Source: a virus
Virus record (IMG/VR): IMGVR_UViG_3300045988_116984
DNA: 64,000 nucleotides
Reading direction: 5' to 3' (one strand)
Below the pieces are notes generated by a model. That model was not told the DNA's origin. It was given only the letters and a program-made list of their open reading frames with translations, and ran no database searches. The translations under genes were made by a program, and so were the position numbers. Below, in pieces: positions 55,769 through 64,000 of the stretch (positions are counted from its first letter, which is position 1; each line of letters starts with the position of its first letter).

Positions 55769-55888
55769 AGCATCGTTGATTGAGTTTGTGATTGTGATTA
55801 TTGTGATTGTTAGTGCGTTTTGTGTAATTTTAGTGTATTTTTTATATGTGGTGCTTGTTTTGTTCATAAATTGTTTACAATTAGGGTA

Positions 55889-55917
55889 TTGACAAATTGA
55901 TTGAAGTGTGGTATAAT
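55889..55917 (+). promoter_or_regulatory. rightward sigma-A-type promoter PR2
   Basis: TTGACA, a 17-nt spacer ending TGTGG, then TATAAT. It lies about 50 nt upstream of the 55967 ORF. Confidence 0.8.
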
Positions 55918-55966
55918 ACAAATACAGTCGAAAACGACAACAAAATATTTCATTTAGGAGTAACTT

Positions 55967-56419
55967 ATGGCAGTAGAATACATCATTAACGAAGAAAAGC
56001 GTACTGTTGTTGCTATGCTTAAAGGCACAGAACTTGACGCTCATAAAGCAATTATGCGGCAAGTTGGAGACGCTGAGGAAAGCTTTTTCGGATTTAACAG
56101 CAATTGGACTACGTTGATTCCTGATTCTTTCACAGGTAAAGCAAAATGCGACCCGCGTGACGAATTTAGTCTTGACGAGGGAAAGAAAATCGCAAAAGCT
56201 CGTTGTATGGAAAAGTATTACAGGGCGAAAGACGCGGCAATTAAAACGTGGTATAAGAATGCTCGTGTAAAGATGGGGCGAGTAGAAAAGCTTGTTCGTG
56301 ACATTGACACGGCTAGACTGTTCAAGGAAAGAAAACAAAAAGAGGAAGCATTGAACAAATATAGAACAGCATTAGAGGCTGTTGAAGAAGCTAGAGCCGA
56401 ACTTGAAAAAGTTATGTGA
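55967..56419 (+). CDS. hypothetical early protein (first gene of the rightward operon)
   Basis: TAGGAG RBS. 150 aa with a ...GKAKCDPRDEFSLDEGKKIAKAR... block and a C-terminal coiled coil. Confidence 0.5.
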   Translation: MAVEYIINEEKRTVVAMLKGTELDAHKAIMRQVGDAEESFFGFNSNWTTLIPDSFTGKAKCDPRDEFSLDEGKKIAKARCMEKYYRAKDAAIKTWYKNARVKMGRVEKLVRDIDTARLFKERKQKEEALNKYRTALEAVEEARAELEKVM

Positions 56420-56466
56420 TATCATTATTGATATTTTATAATAATTAAGAAAATGAGGTAAAATTA

Positions 56467-56820
56467 ATGGCAGTTGGATTTAGCTTTCAAAAAGCAAAAC
56501 GAGAGAAAATTTGGGTAAAACTTCTGCTTAATGGCCCGTCAGGTAGCGGCAAAACGTATACAGCATTGCGTCTAGCTACTGGTATGTTGAGCAAGGTTGG
56601 CGGAGCTGGTATTGCCGCTATTGACACGGAGAATGGACGTATTCGTTATTATGCGAATGAATTTGACTTCTTCGACTTACAGCTTGGCGAACCATATACG
56701 TCTGAATCGTATATCGAAGCAATCAATGCGGCAGTTGACAATGGATTTAAAGTGCTTATCATTGATAGTTTGAGCCATGAATGGAAATGGTTGAATGAAG
56801 TACATGATAAGATGCCCGGT
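56467..56820 (+). CDS. Sak4-like / AAA_24-type RecA-fold ATPase, exon 1
   Basis: Walker A NGPSGSGKTY and Walker B LIIDSLSHEW. The ORF-track product ends in the intron-derived residues CNVA then stop. Confidence 0.7.
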
Positions 56821-57224
56821 TGTAATGTGGCGTAAACACATTCACGGCCCGCTATATTGGTAACAATATGGTGTTTCCTCACGAATATGCTGGAACGCCC
56901 TTAGAGTTCACATGCTAAAGAGGAATCTTGAGATAGATAAACTTAAATGCTATAAAAAGTTGTGAAATTGGGAAATCAGCAGGGAATGGATATAACAGTC
57001 CTGCCCTCAACGACTATGGTGTTGGAACCAGTAGAATTAAGCGATTCAAAATGTGAGGACTCCTTATGAGTAAAAACAATTTAACTTCTATGACAAAAGA
57101 CGAAGTTCAAGAAGTTATTATCTCATTAGGATGAAGATATAGTCTGCACTTACGCGAAAGCGTGAGAAAAGCATATAAACTATGCTCTTTATAGAAATAG
57201 CGAATCTATAAAGTAACACAATGG
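56821..57224 (+). mobile_element. ORF-less group I intron
   Basis: It separates two halves of one ATPase gene. It contains GATGAAGATATAGTCTGCAC (the AAGATATAGTC J8/7-P7 consensus), a GAAA-capped hairpin CTTACGC-GAAA-GCGTGAG, and several further hairpins. The proposed 5' splice site follows U56820, which pairs as GGUUG/CGGCC with G-U. The intron ends in G57224. The boundaries are inferred. Confidence 0.65.
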
Positions 57225-57797
57225 AACTCATTTACGAACTGGGGCAAGCTTAAACCGCGTCATGCGGCTTTGATGGAAAAAATTCTTCAGTCACCAATTC
57301 ATATTATTGCTACTGCTCGTGGTAAAGATGATTATGTGATGGAAGATAAGAACGGTAAACAGATTCCTAAAAAGGTTGGTGTAGGTTCACAGCAAGAGAA
57401 AGATATCGAATACAACTACACTGTAACGTTTAATATCGACCAAGAAACGCATGTGGCATCAGTGGCAAAGGATAATACACATCTTTTTGAGGGACGATAT
57501 GATAAACTCACGGAAAAAGATGGTTCTAATCTGATTGATTGGGCAACTTCTGGCGAGGGAGAAATGCCGACAGAACCTGTTTCAAAGCCTACATTTGCAG
57601 CACCGAGCGATTCTAATGATTTGGATAGCAAGGTTATTGAGTGTAAGGATTTGTTCGCTTCTAGAATGGATGAGGGTATCTCAAAGGATTTCTTGTATGA
57701 CATTGTAAAGAAGCACAATGCTGGCAATAAAAACTTCATGCAGATTAAAGATATTGAAGTATTGAATACTATTATTAAGGAAATTAAAGAGGTTTAA
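57225..57797 (+). CDS. Sak4-like / AAA_24-type ATPase, exon 2
   Basis: The frame is open from 57201. NSFTNWGKLKPRHAALMEKILQSPIHIIATARGKD continues the family pattern (..W.kl.....l...l....hvI.tah.k). Confidence 0.7.
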   Translation, partial: NSFTNWGKLKPRHAALMEKILQSPIHIIATARGKDDYVMEDKNGKQIPKKVGVGSQQEKDIEYNYTVTFNIDQETHVASVAKDNTHLFEGRYDKLTEKDGSNLIDWATSGEGEMPTEPVSKPTFAAPSDSNDLDSKVIECKDLFASRMDEGISKDFLYDIVKKHNAGNKNFMQIKDIEVLNTIIKEIKEV

Positions 57798-57802
57798 TTA
57801 AT

Positions 57803-58204
57803 ATGAGTCTGAATATTCGTGAAACTTACGCAAGTGTTTTTGATGTCGCACCGAACGATAGATATGTAAACTGTAATCTTAGCACAGGACGTAAACTGAA
57901 AGATGTTGATGATAATGGGAATCCAAAATATGCTAATTCAAGTTGGCGTGCTACTTTCGTTGGTTCAAAGCTTGAGGAAGCCAAGAAGCTTAAGGCGAGA
58001 GATAGGATTAAGATTAATTCTGGCACTATTAGCCATGAAAAGAGCAACAAGACTGGTGTTGACGGCAAGCCTCTTTATTTCTATAATGTGACTATCTTTG
58101 ACTTTGATAAGATAGATTCTTCGGGTTCTTCTTCCGCAACCACTACTTCTTCTACGCCAAAAGCCACTGGCGTAATTGATTCCGAAGATGATTTGCCGTT
58201 CTAA
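57803..58204 (+). CDS. ssb: single-stranded DNA-binding protein
   Basis: OB-fold-sized (133 aa). It has a Ser/Thr-rich linker and the acidic C-terminal tip DSEDDLPF typical of bacterial and phage SSBs. Confidence 0.7.
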   Translation: MSLNIRETYASVFDVAPNDRYVNCNLSTGRKLKDVDDNGNPKYANSSWRATFVGSKLEEAKKLKARDRIKINSGTISHEKSNKTGVDGKPLYFYNVTIFDFDKIDSSGSSSATTTSSTPKATGVIDSEDDLPF

Positions 58205-58215
58205 TGCGTAATTGT

Positions 58216-58250
58216 GGCGGGGAGAAATTAAACTCCCCGCCTATTCTTTT
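58216..58250 (+). terminator. rho-independent terminator/attenuator after ssb
   Basis: GGCGGGGAG-AAATTAAA-CTCCCCGCC followed by TATTCTTTT. It lies inside the 5' end of the ORF-track entry 58212..59045. Confidence 0.7.
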
Positions 58251-58265
58251 AAAGGTAGTGGTTTA

Positions 58266-59045
58266 TTGATTTTACTTGAACAGGAATTGATACATGACAT
58301 AATTGATGATATGGTGTGGTCGTTCTCAAGGCTAAATAGCTTTTATAACTGTAAAAAGGGTTGGTATTATTCATATATTTTAAAGAGGGCTGACCAAGAG
58401 AATTTCTTTTCACAGTATGGCACATTTGCTCATTCAGTGTTTGAAAAATATAACAATGGTGAGCTTGAAATATTTGAATTAGCAGACTATTATAAAGACA
58501 ATTATTATGATAATGTTGTCGAACCAGCACCACCAAATAAATATGTTGACTTAAATGAATCATATTTCAATAAAGGATATGAGTATTTTTCTACATTTGA
58601 CGACAACGATAGTGAAGAAATTATAGGTGCTGAGATTAAATTTGACTTTAACATAGAAGTTCTTGGCAAAGATAGAAAGTTTCTTGGCTTTATTGATAAG
58701 ATTTCCAAGGACAAAGATGGATATATTGTAACAGATTATAAGTCTAAGGGGAGATTTAAGAGTAAAGAAGAACTGCATGATTATACACGACAATTGTATA
58801 TTTATGCAATAGCAATAAAAAAAATGTTTGGGGAATATCCTCATACATTGATATTCAATCAATTTAAAGAACATACACAAGAGGTTATAAAGTTCAACGA
58901 AGCAGATTTACAAGAAACAATTGATTGGATAAAGAAAACTATTGAATTAATTTATGACGAAAAAGACTTTTTAGCTTCTCCGAATGACTTTTTCTGCGCA
59001 TATTTGTGTTCTTCAAGGGATGAATGTACTTCGGATGGCGGTTGA
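58266..59045 (+). CDS. PD-(D/E)XK Cas4/RecB-like exonuclease with Cys cluster
   Basis: GFIDKISKDKDGYIVTDYKS is the nuclease motif. One N-terminal Cys (YNCKKGWYY) plus the C-terminal CAYLCSSRDEC fit a Cas4/AddB-type Fe-S pattern. The start was moved downstream of the terminator to the TTG at 58266, after AAAGGTAGTGG; the ATG at 58311 is an alternative. Confidence 0.65.
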   Translation: MILLEQELIHDIIDDMVWSFSRLNSFYNCKKGWYYSYILKRADQENFFSQYGTFAHSVFEKYNNGELEIFELADYYKDNYYDNVVEPAPPNKYVDLNESYFNKGYEYFSTFDDNDSEEIIGAEIKFDFNIEVLGKDRKFLGFIDKISKDKDGYIVTDYKSKGRFKSKEELHDYTRQLYIYAIAIKKMFGEYPHTLIFNQFKEHTQEVIKFNEADLQETIDWIKKTIELIYDEKDFLASPNDFFCAYLCSSRDECTSDGG

Positions 59046-59070
59046 CAACTTTTTCGTTTTGTGATATAAT
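59042..59070 (+). promoter_or_regulatory. sigma-A-type promoter for the primase-helicase/dnaE unit
   Basis: TTGACA, 17 nt ending TGA (TGn), then TATAAT. The -35 element overlaps the stop codon of the nuclease gene. Confidence 0.7.
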
Positions 59071-59088
59071 TAGGACGGAGTAGGTTAT

Positions 59089-61062
59089 ATGATAAGTAGA
59101 GAACAAATTGAAGCCGCGAAAGAAAAACTAGGCGAACGGGCGTTCGCACTTATGGCTCAAGAACTTCCACTTGAGCAAGTAGATATGAAAACTCTTTCAT
59201 GTAAATCTCCTTTCAGAGATGAAAGAACTCCGTCCGCACATTGGTATAAAGAGGGAAATTGCTTAAAATGCTTCTCTACTGGAATATCAATGGATTATAT
59301 TGACTTTCTTATTCGTTTTCAAGGCAGAACATTTTCAGAAGCCGTCAGAGAGCTTTTTGAAGAAGCAGAAGTTGAATATAATCCTGATGATTTAAAGCCA
59401 GACAGTGGTGAAGATGCTTATAGGAATTTTAAATTCGCACATGATGAGCCTAGAAATGATAGACAAATAGTCGAAGCATATCTAAAACGGCGGCACATCT
59501 CTCCAAAAACGCTTGATTTTTGTAATGTTAAGCAAGATAAGAATGGCAATATTGCTTATCAATTCTATGATACCGATGGCAGACTTATTCAAACTAAGTA
59601 CAGAGTGTCTAAACCAGCTGAGAACGGTGAAACTAAATGGCATTGGCAAGTAGGTTCAAGCAATTGCGCTTTGCTGTATGGTATAAACAAAGTTAATCCA
59701 TCTTTGCCACTTGTTATAGTAGAGGGGCTTAATGATAGATTAGCTTGTGTAGAGGCGGGTTATACAAATACTGTATCTATTCCTGGCGGAGCAAACGACT
59801 TAAACTGGATTGACTTTAACTTTAATACACTCCAAAAGTGTAAGGAGCTTATCCTTTGGTTTGATGATGATGAATCTGGACAAAAGGCTACAAAAGAATG
59901 TGTTAGCAGACTTGGTATTTATCGCACAAAGGTAGTTCAGAATGATTCTGTTATTAAAGAAAAAATTAGAGAGTTCTACGGACAGCATAATATTGATAAA
60001 GTAGACGCTAATAATGTACTGGCGGCTTGTGGAGAGAACGAAGTTCTTAATATGATTGCCAAGGCAAAAATGGAAGATAATCCGCGAGTACAGCATCTTA
60101 TGGACGTAGAAGAAGTACAGATTAGTGATTTACCTAGGATTTCTATGGGCTTCAAGGCAATGGATAAGGTGTTTTCTGGAAATTTTGAACACTCTTTGAC
60201 AATTCTTACTGGCAAATCTGGTAATGGTAAATCTAGTATTCTTAACACAATGTTTGTGGCCGCTCCACTTGAAGCAGGAGAAAAGGTGTTTATATATAGT
60301 GGTGAAATTCCAAGCGGAATACTTCTAGCCAATATCTTAAAGCCGTTAGCTTCTAATAGACATATTCTTGAATTTGATAATGGTGATGCTCCTAAAGGGT
60401 ATGCGGTTTCAAAACAAGCTTCTCCGGTAATAAAATCGTTTTATCGTGAAGATTTGTTCAACTATAATGATTCAAATGAGTTTGACACTGATTCAAAATC
60501 TATTTTACATGCTATGGAGTATTCTTATAAAAGATATGGTGTTAAGAACTTCATTGTTGATTCTTTGCTAACAGTTGATTATTCGCATGAATACGGTGAC
60601 GATAAATACGAAAAGCAGAAAAACTTTGTTATAAACCTAAAGTCATTTACAAATGCTTATCCAGTTCGTGTTGCTCTTGTAGCACATAGTAGAAAGCTTG
60701 CTCCGGGGGCCAAAGAGATAGGCGGAGACGATATTGCTGGTTCAAGTGATATTCTGAAATGTTGTAACAGAGCGTTTAGTGTGGAGATTTTGTGGGACGA
60801 CCCTGATGGGTATAACACGTTGGTTCGTTGTATTAAGGATAGAGAGACTGGTTACGCCGATAGAGAAGTTAAGCTGTATTACGACAGAAAGAGTTATAGA
60901 GTATATTCTAATAAAGAAGAACTGAATTACAAGTACAAGTGGGAAGTAGAAGCCGAGAAGAACAGAACTATTAGATATTCCGAACATGTATCGAAAAGAC
61001 TTGTATGTAACATTAAAGAGCCAGTGGTTGCGAAAGAAGTATTAGGAGAAATTGAGAAGTGA
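59089..61062 (+). CDS. bifunctional primase-helicase (zinc finger + Toprim + DnaB/RecA-type ATPase)
   Basis: Zinc motif CKSPFRDERTPSAHW...CLKC. Toprim VIVEGLNDRLA and WFDDDESGQKA. Walker A LTGKSGNGKSS and Walker B NFIVDSLL. Confidence 0.8.
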   Translation: MISREQIEAAKEKLGERAFALMAQELPLEQVDMKTLSCKSPFRDERTPSAHWYKEGNCLKCFSTGISMDYIDFLIRFQGRTFSEAVRELFEEAEVEYNPDDLKPDSGEDAYRNFKFAHDEPRNDRQIVEAYLKRRHISPKTLDFCNVKQDKNGNIAYQFYDTDGRLIQTKYRVSKPAENGETKWHWQVGSSNCALLYGINKVNPSLPLVIVEGLNDRLACVEAGYTNTVSIPGGANDLNWIDFNFNTLQKCKELILWFDDDESGQKATKECVSRLGIYRTKVVQNDSVIKEKIREFYGQHNIDKVDANNVLAACGENEVLNMIAKAKMEDNPRVQHLMDVEEVQISDLPRISMGFKAMDKVFSGNFEHSLTILTGKSGNGKSSILNTMFVAAPLEAGEKVFIYSGEIPSGILLANILKPLASNRHILEFDNGDAPKGYAVSKQASPVIKSFYREDLFNYNDSNEFDTDSKSILHAMEYSYKRYGVKNFIVDSLLTVDYSHEYGDDKYEKQKNFVINLKSFTNAYPVRVALVAHSRKLAPGAKEIGGDDIAGSSDILKCCNRAFSVEILWDDPDGYNTLVRCIKDRETGYADREVKLYYDRKSYRVYSNKEELNYKYKWEVEAEKNRTIRYSEHVSKRLVCNIKEPVVAKEVLGEIEK

Positions 61063-64000
61063 TTGATTTTGTTAATCTCCACCTACACGATGATAATTCT
61101 TTGTTAGATAGTTGTACAAAGTTCAATGAATATGTAGATTTAGCAGTTAAATACGAACAGAAAGCGATAGCATGTACGAATCACGGAAGAATCATAAATT
61201 GGACTGACAAGAAAAGATATTGCGATTCTGTTGGTATTAAATATATACACGGCTGTGAGGTATATTTAACGGCTAAAGAATATTTTAATATTGATGATTC
61301 TCAAAGAAAAGTAAAAGATAACTATCATACAATTCTATTAGCAAAGAATAATGATGGTATAAAAGAGCTTAATTCACTTGTGTCGATGTCAAGCACTCCG
61401 TCTCACATGTATTATAAACCGAGAATAACTTTTGATGAGTTTCTTGGAATATCTGATAATATAATATCTTTATCGGCATGTTTAGCTGGTGTATTATCTA
61501 GAATAGATAGAGAAATAAAATATTTGTCTGAATCAGAATCTGAATTAGATATACAAAGACTTTCGGTTCTAATAGATTATAGGGAGAAACTTTTTGATAA
61601 GTATGATTATTATGAAGTACAACCTCATAATACCGACGAACAGATTGTGCTTAACAGAGTTCTTTCAAAAGAAGCAAAAGCTAGAGGGAAGAAATTAGTA
61701 GCAACTAATGATGTTCATAGTTTAAATCAATATAAAGCAGAATGTAGAAAAATTCTTATGGCTGGAAAAGAAATAACGTTTGGAGAGGACGAATACGATT
61801 TTGATTTAACGTTTAAATCAGGCGACGAAATGAAAGAACTTCTTCGCAATCAATTTGTATTGTCTGATGAAGAAATAGATGATGCTATCGCAAATTCTGT
61901 TGAAATAGCGAATAACATAGAATTATATGAATTAGACACTTCTATTAAATATCCTAAAATAAGCGATAATGATGAAGAAGTGTTTATAAAGAAAGTAAGA
62001 GAAAAACTTGATTATAAAATCAAGAACGGTATTATCAGGGAAGATGAGATAGAACAGGTAAGAAAGAATTTAAACGAAGAATATAAAGTATTTAAACAAG
62101 TAAATATGATAACGTTTATGCTCTCAATGTCTGATTTGATTTGCTGGTGTAAGGACAACGGAATACCTGTTGGGCCAGCAAGAGGAAGCGTTGGTGGCTC
62201 TACAACGGCATATGTGCTTGATATTATAGATATGAACCCTGTAAGATGGAATACTATATTCTCTAGGTTCTGTAATGAGTTCAGAGTTGAAATAGGAGAT
62301 ATAGATGTTGACATACCGGGCAATCAACGAGACGCCGTTTTTAACCACTGTATAGAAACGTTTGGGAAAGATAAAACTGCGTTTGTGTTGGCAATTGGAA
62401 CTGTTGTTGATAAGGGAACGATAGACTTAATAGGTAAAGCATTAAAGTATGATTTAAACGAAGTAAAAGAAATAAAGAAAAAATACGAAGAAAGCCCAGA
62501 AAAGACAAGAAGTAAATATAAAGATATATTTAAGTATTTTGATGGTATTGTAAATACTTGTATATCACAATCTAGGCATCCTGCTGGTATCGTTATTTCT
62601 CCGATAACATTAGATGATAACTATGGTACATTAGTTGATTCAGACGGCAATAGAGTATTACAGCTTGATATGGAAGCTGTACACGAAGTTGGTTTGGCAA
62701 AATATGATATCCTTGGCTTGAGGACGGTTGATACGATATATGAGACATATAAGTTGATAGGGAGGCCTTATCCTAAAAGCCACGAAATAGATTGGGACGA
62801 CCAAAAAGTTTGGGAAGATATGCTTCGTTCACCATTCGGAATATTTCAAATGGAATCTCCTTTTGCTTTCCAGATGATAAATGAATTTAAACCACATAGC
62901 ATATTTGACATGTCTTTGGTTACTGCTATGATTCGCCCTAGCGGAGCGTCTTATAGAGATGGGCTTATAAAAAAACAAGTTCATAAAAATCCATCAGAAG
63001 AAATTGACGAACTTCTTAAAAATAACTATGGATACCTTGTGTATCAAGAGGACGTTATTGCTTTTCTACAAAAAGTTTGTGGGCTAAGTGGAGGCGAAGC
63101 AGACAATGTAAGACGAGCAATTGGCCGAAAGGATTTAGATAGACTTGAAAAGGCAATGCCATCAATACTTGAGGGATATTGTAATAAGTCTAAGAAACCA
63201 AGAGAAGTAGCAGAGCAAGAGGCAAAAGAGTTCTTAAAGGTGATAGAAGATGCTAGTTCCTACATGTTTGGCTACAACCATTCAATAGCATATTGTCTGT
63301 TGGGCTATATGTGCGCTTATCTTCGGTATTATTATCCGTTGGAATTTATTACGGCTTCATTCAACACGATTGAAAGCGAGAAAGATATTGCTGACTGTAC
63401 AGAGCTAGCAAAACAAATGAAAATATCCATTTATCCTCCACAATTTAGGTATTCTCGTTCAAACTATTATATGGACAAAGAGCATAACGCTGTATATAAA
63501 GGAATAGCTTCAATTAAGTTTCTAAGTCCTGACACAGCAGAATATCTATTCGGGTTGCGTGGTGAAAAATATAATGGGTTTATTGATTTTCTTTCAAGGC
63601 TCGACACCGGCCATATCAACTCACGTCAAATTGAAATCCTTATCAAACTTGATTTCTTCAAGGAATTTGGTAACTCAAAGTTTTTGCTTAATGCTTATCG
63701 TTTTTATAGTAAGTTTGGTTCTTCAAAGATGATTAGCAAAGATAAATTCGACGACGCTAATATTATTGAAAACATATTTAAACGTCATAGCCGAGAAACA
63801 GCAAAGAAATATGTTGATTTAGATATGGAAGCTATATTGGCAGAAGTTGAAGAATACTTGAAGATGATTCATTCAGAAGATTTTCCGATAATTGACAAAA
63901 TTAAATGGCAAAATGAATTTGTCGGATATATAGACTTCAGAACAAATGAAGAAGAAGATAGAACAAAACTCCTTATATTATATATTCGTAAATTGGTAAG
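61059..64000 (+). CDS. dnaE: DNA polymerase III alpha subunit (DnaE-type), 3' end beyond the window
   Basis: Absent from the ORF track, presumably because no stop is reached. GTG start after AGGAGA, overlapping the upstream stop. Hand translation gives the PHP motif VIDFVNLHLHDDNSLLDS, then later GPARGSVGGSTTAYVLDIIDMNPV..FSRFCNE.RVEIGDIDVD and RHPAGIVISP. I spot-checked the frame but did not read all of it. Confidence 0.8.
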   Translation, partial: MIDFVNLHLHDDNSLLDSCTKFNEYVDLAVKYEQKAIACTNHGRIINWTDKKRYCDSVGIKYIHGCEVYLTAKEYFNIDDSQRKVKDNYHTILLAKNNDGIKELNSLVSMSSTPSHMYYKPRITFDEFLGISDNIISLSACLAGVLSRIDREIKYLSESESELDIQRLSVLIDYREKLFDKYDYYEVQPHNTDEQIVLNRVLSKEAKARGKKLVATNDVHSLNQYKAECRKILMAGKEITFGEDEYDFDLTFKSGDEMKELLRNQFVLSDEEIDDAIANSVEIANNIELYELDTSIKYPKISDNDEEVFIKKVREKLDYKIKNGIIREDEIEQVRKNLNEEYKVFKQVNMITFMLSMSDLICWCKDNGIPVGPARGSVGGSTTAYVLDIIDMNPVRWNTIFSRFCNEFRVEIGDIDVDIPGNQRDAVFNHCIETFGKDKTAFVLAIGTVVDKGTIDLIGKALKYDLNEVKEIKKKYEESPEKTRSKYKDIFKYFDGIVNTCISQSRHPAGIVISPITLDDNYGTLVDSDGNRVLQLDMEAVHEVGLAKYDILGLRTVDTIYETYKLIGRPYPKSHEIDWDDQKVWEDMLRSPFGIFQMESPFAFQMINEFKPHSIFDMSLVTAMIRPSGASYRDGLIKKQVHKNPSEEIDELLKNNYGYLVYQEDVIAFLQKVCGLSGGEADNVRRAIGRKDLDRLEKAMPSILEGYCNKSKKPREVAEQEAKEFLKVIEDASSYMFGYNHSIAYCLLGYMCAYLRYYYPLEFITASFNTIESEKDIADCTELAKQMKISIYPPQFRYSRSNYYMDKEHNAVYKGIASIKFLSPDTAEYLFGLRGEKYNGFIDFLSRLDTGHINSRQIEILIKLDFFKEFGNSKFLLNAYRFYSKFGSSKMISKDKFDDANIIENIFKRHSRETAKKYVDLDMEAILAEVEEYLKMIHSEDFPIIDKIKWQNEFVGYIDFRTNEEEDRTKLLILYIRKLV

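Noticed and set aside
55715-56338. 207-aa minus-strand ORF spanning PR1, PR2 and the first early gene.
   Set aside because: It runs antisense through two consensus promoters and a well-supported plus-strand CDS. It has no RBS, and its product is Cys/Phe-rich nonsense.

Overview
This window looks like most of the genome of a large, AT-rich tailed phage or prophage of a Firmicutes-type host. Supporting signals are strong AGGAGG-type ribosome-binding sites, many GTG/TTG starts, an XkdX-family gene, a YonO-like RNA polymerase and sigma-A consensus promoters.

Layout:
- 1-8.5 kb (+): nucleotide and host-takeover genes. These are a nucleotidase fragment, guanylate kinase, a YonO-like single-subunit RNAP, PIN-PhoH, ClpP, HU and a metallophosphoesterase.
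- About 8.55 kb: tRNA-Thr(UGU).
- 8.6-49.3 kb (+): packaging, head, tail, tail-fibre and lysis genes. A tyrosine recombinase and a five-ORF cassette are embedded between the tail-tube gene and the tape-measure gene.
- 49.4-54.9 kb (-): an anaerobic ribonucleotide-reductase and dUTPase operon.
- 54.9-55.95 kb: a divergent early-promoter region around a roughly 600-bp imperfect palindrome.
- 55.97-64 kb (+): the replication module, comprising a Sak4-like ATPase, SSB, a Cas4-like nuclease, primase-helicase and DnaE (runs off the window).

Most notable observations:
1. A start-less, promoter-less inverted copy of the last ~54 codons of the 887-aa tail-tip protein is bounded by inverted repeats in identical codon phase. 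This looks like a minimal invertible host-range switch.
2. A dense array of AGCT-core dyad boxes forms a ~600-bp palindrome, flanked by four near-perfect promoters that share 11-bp-phased upstream boxes.
3. Three self-splicing or selfish elements are present: an ORF-less group I intron in the Sak4-like gene, an HNH-bearing group I intron in nrdD, and a degenerate free-standing Hint domain.
4. A C7 tract splits the second of two tandem receptor-binding paralogues.
5. A ferredoxin:thioredoxin-reductase-like gene is translationally coupled to nrdG.
6. A YonO-type RNAP carries a DYDFD motif.

Everything rests on manual reading of the sequence and remembered family motifs. No database search was run.
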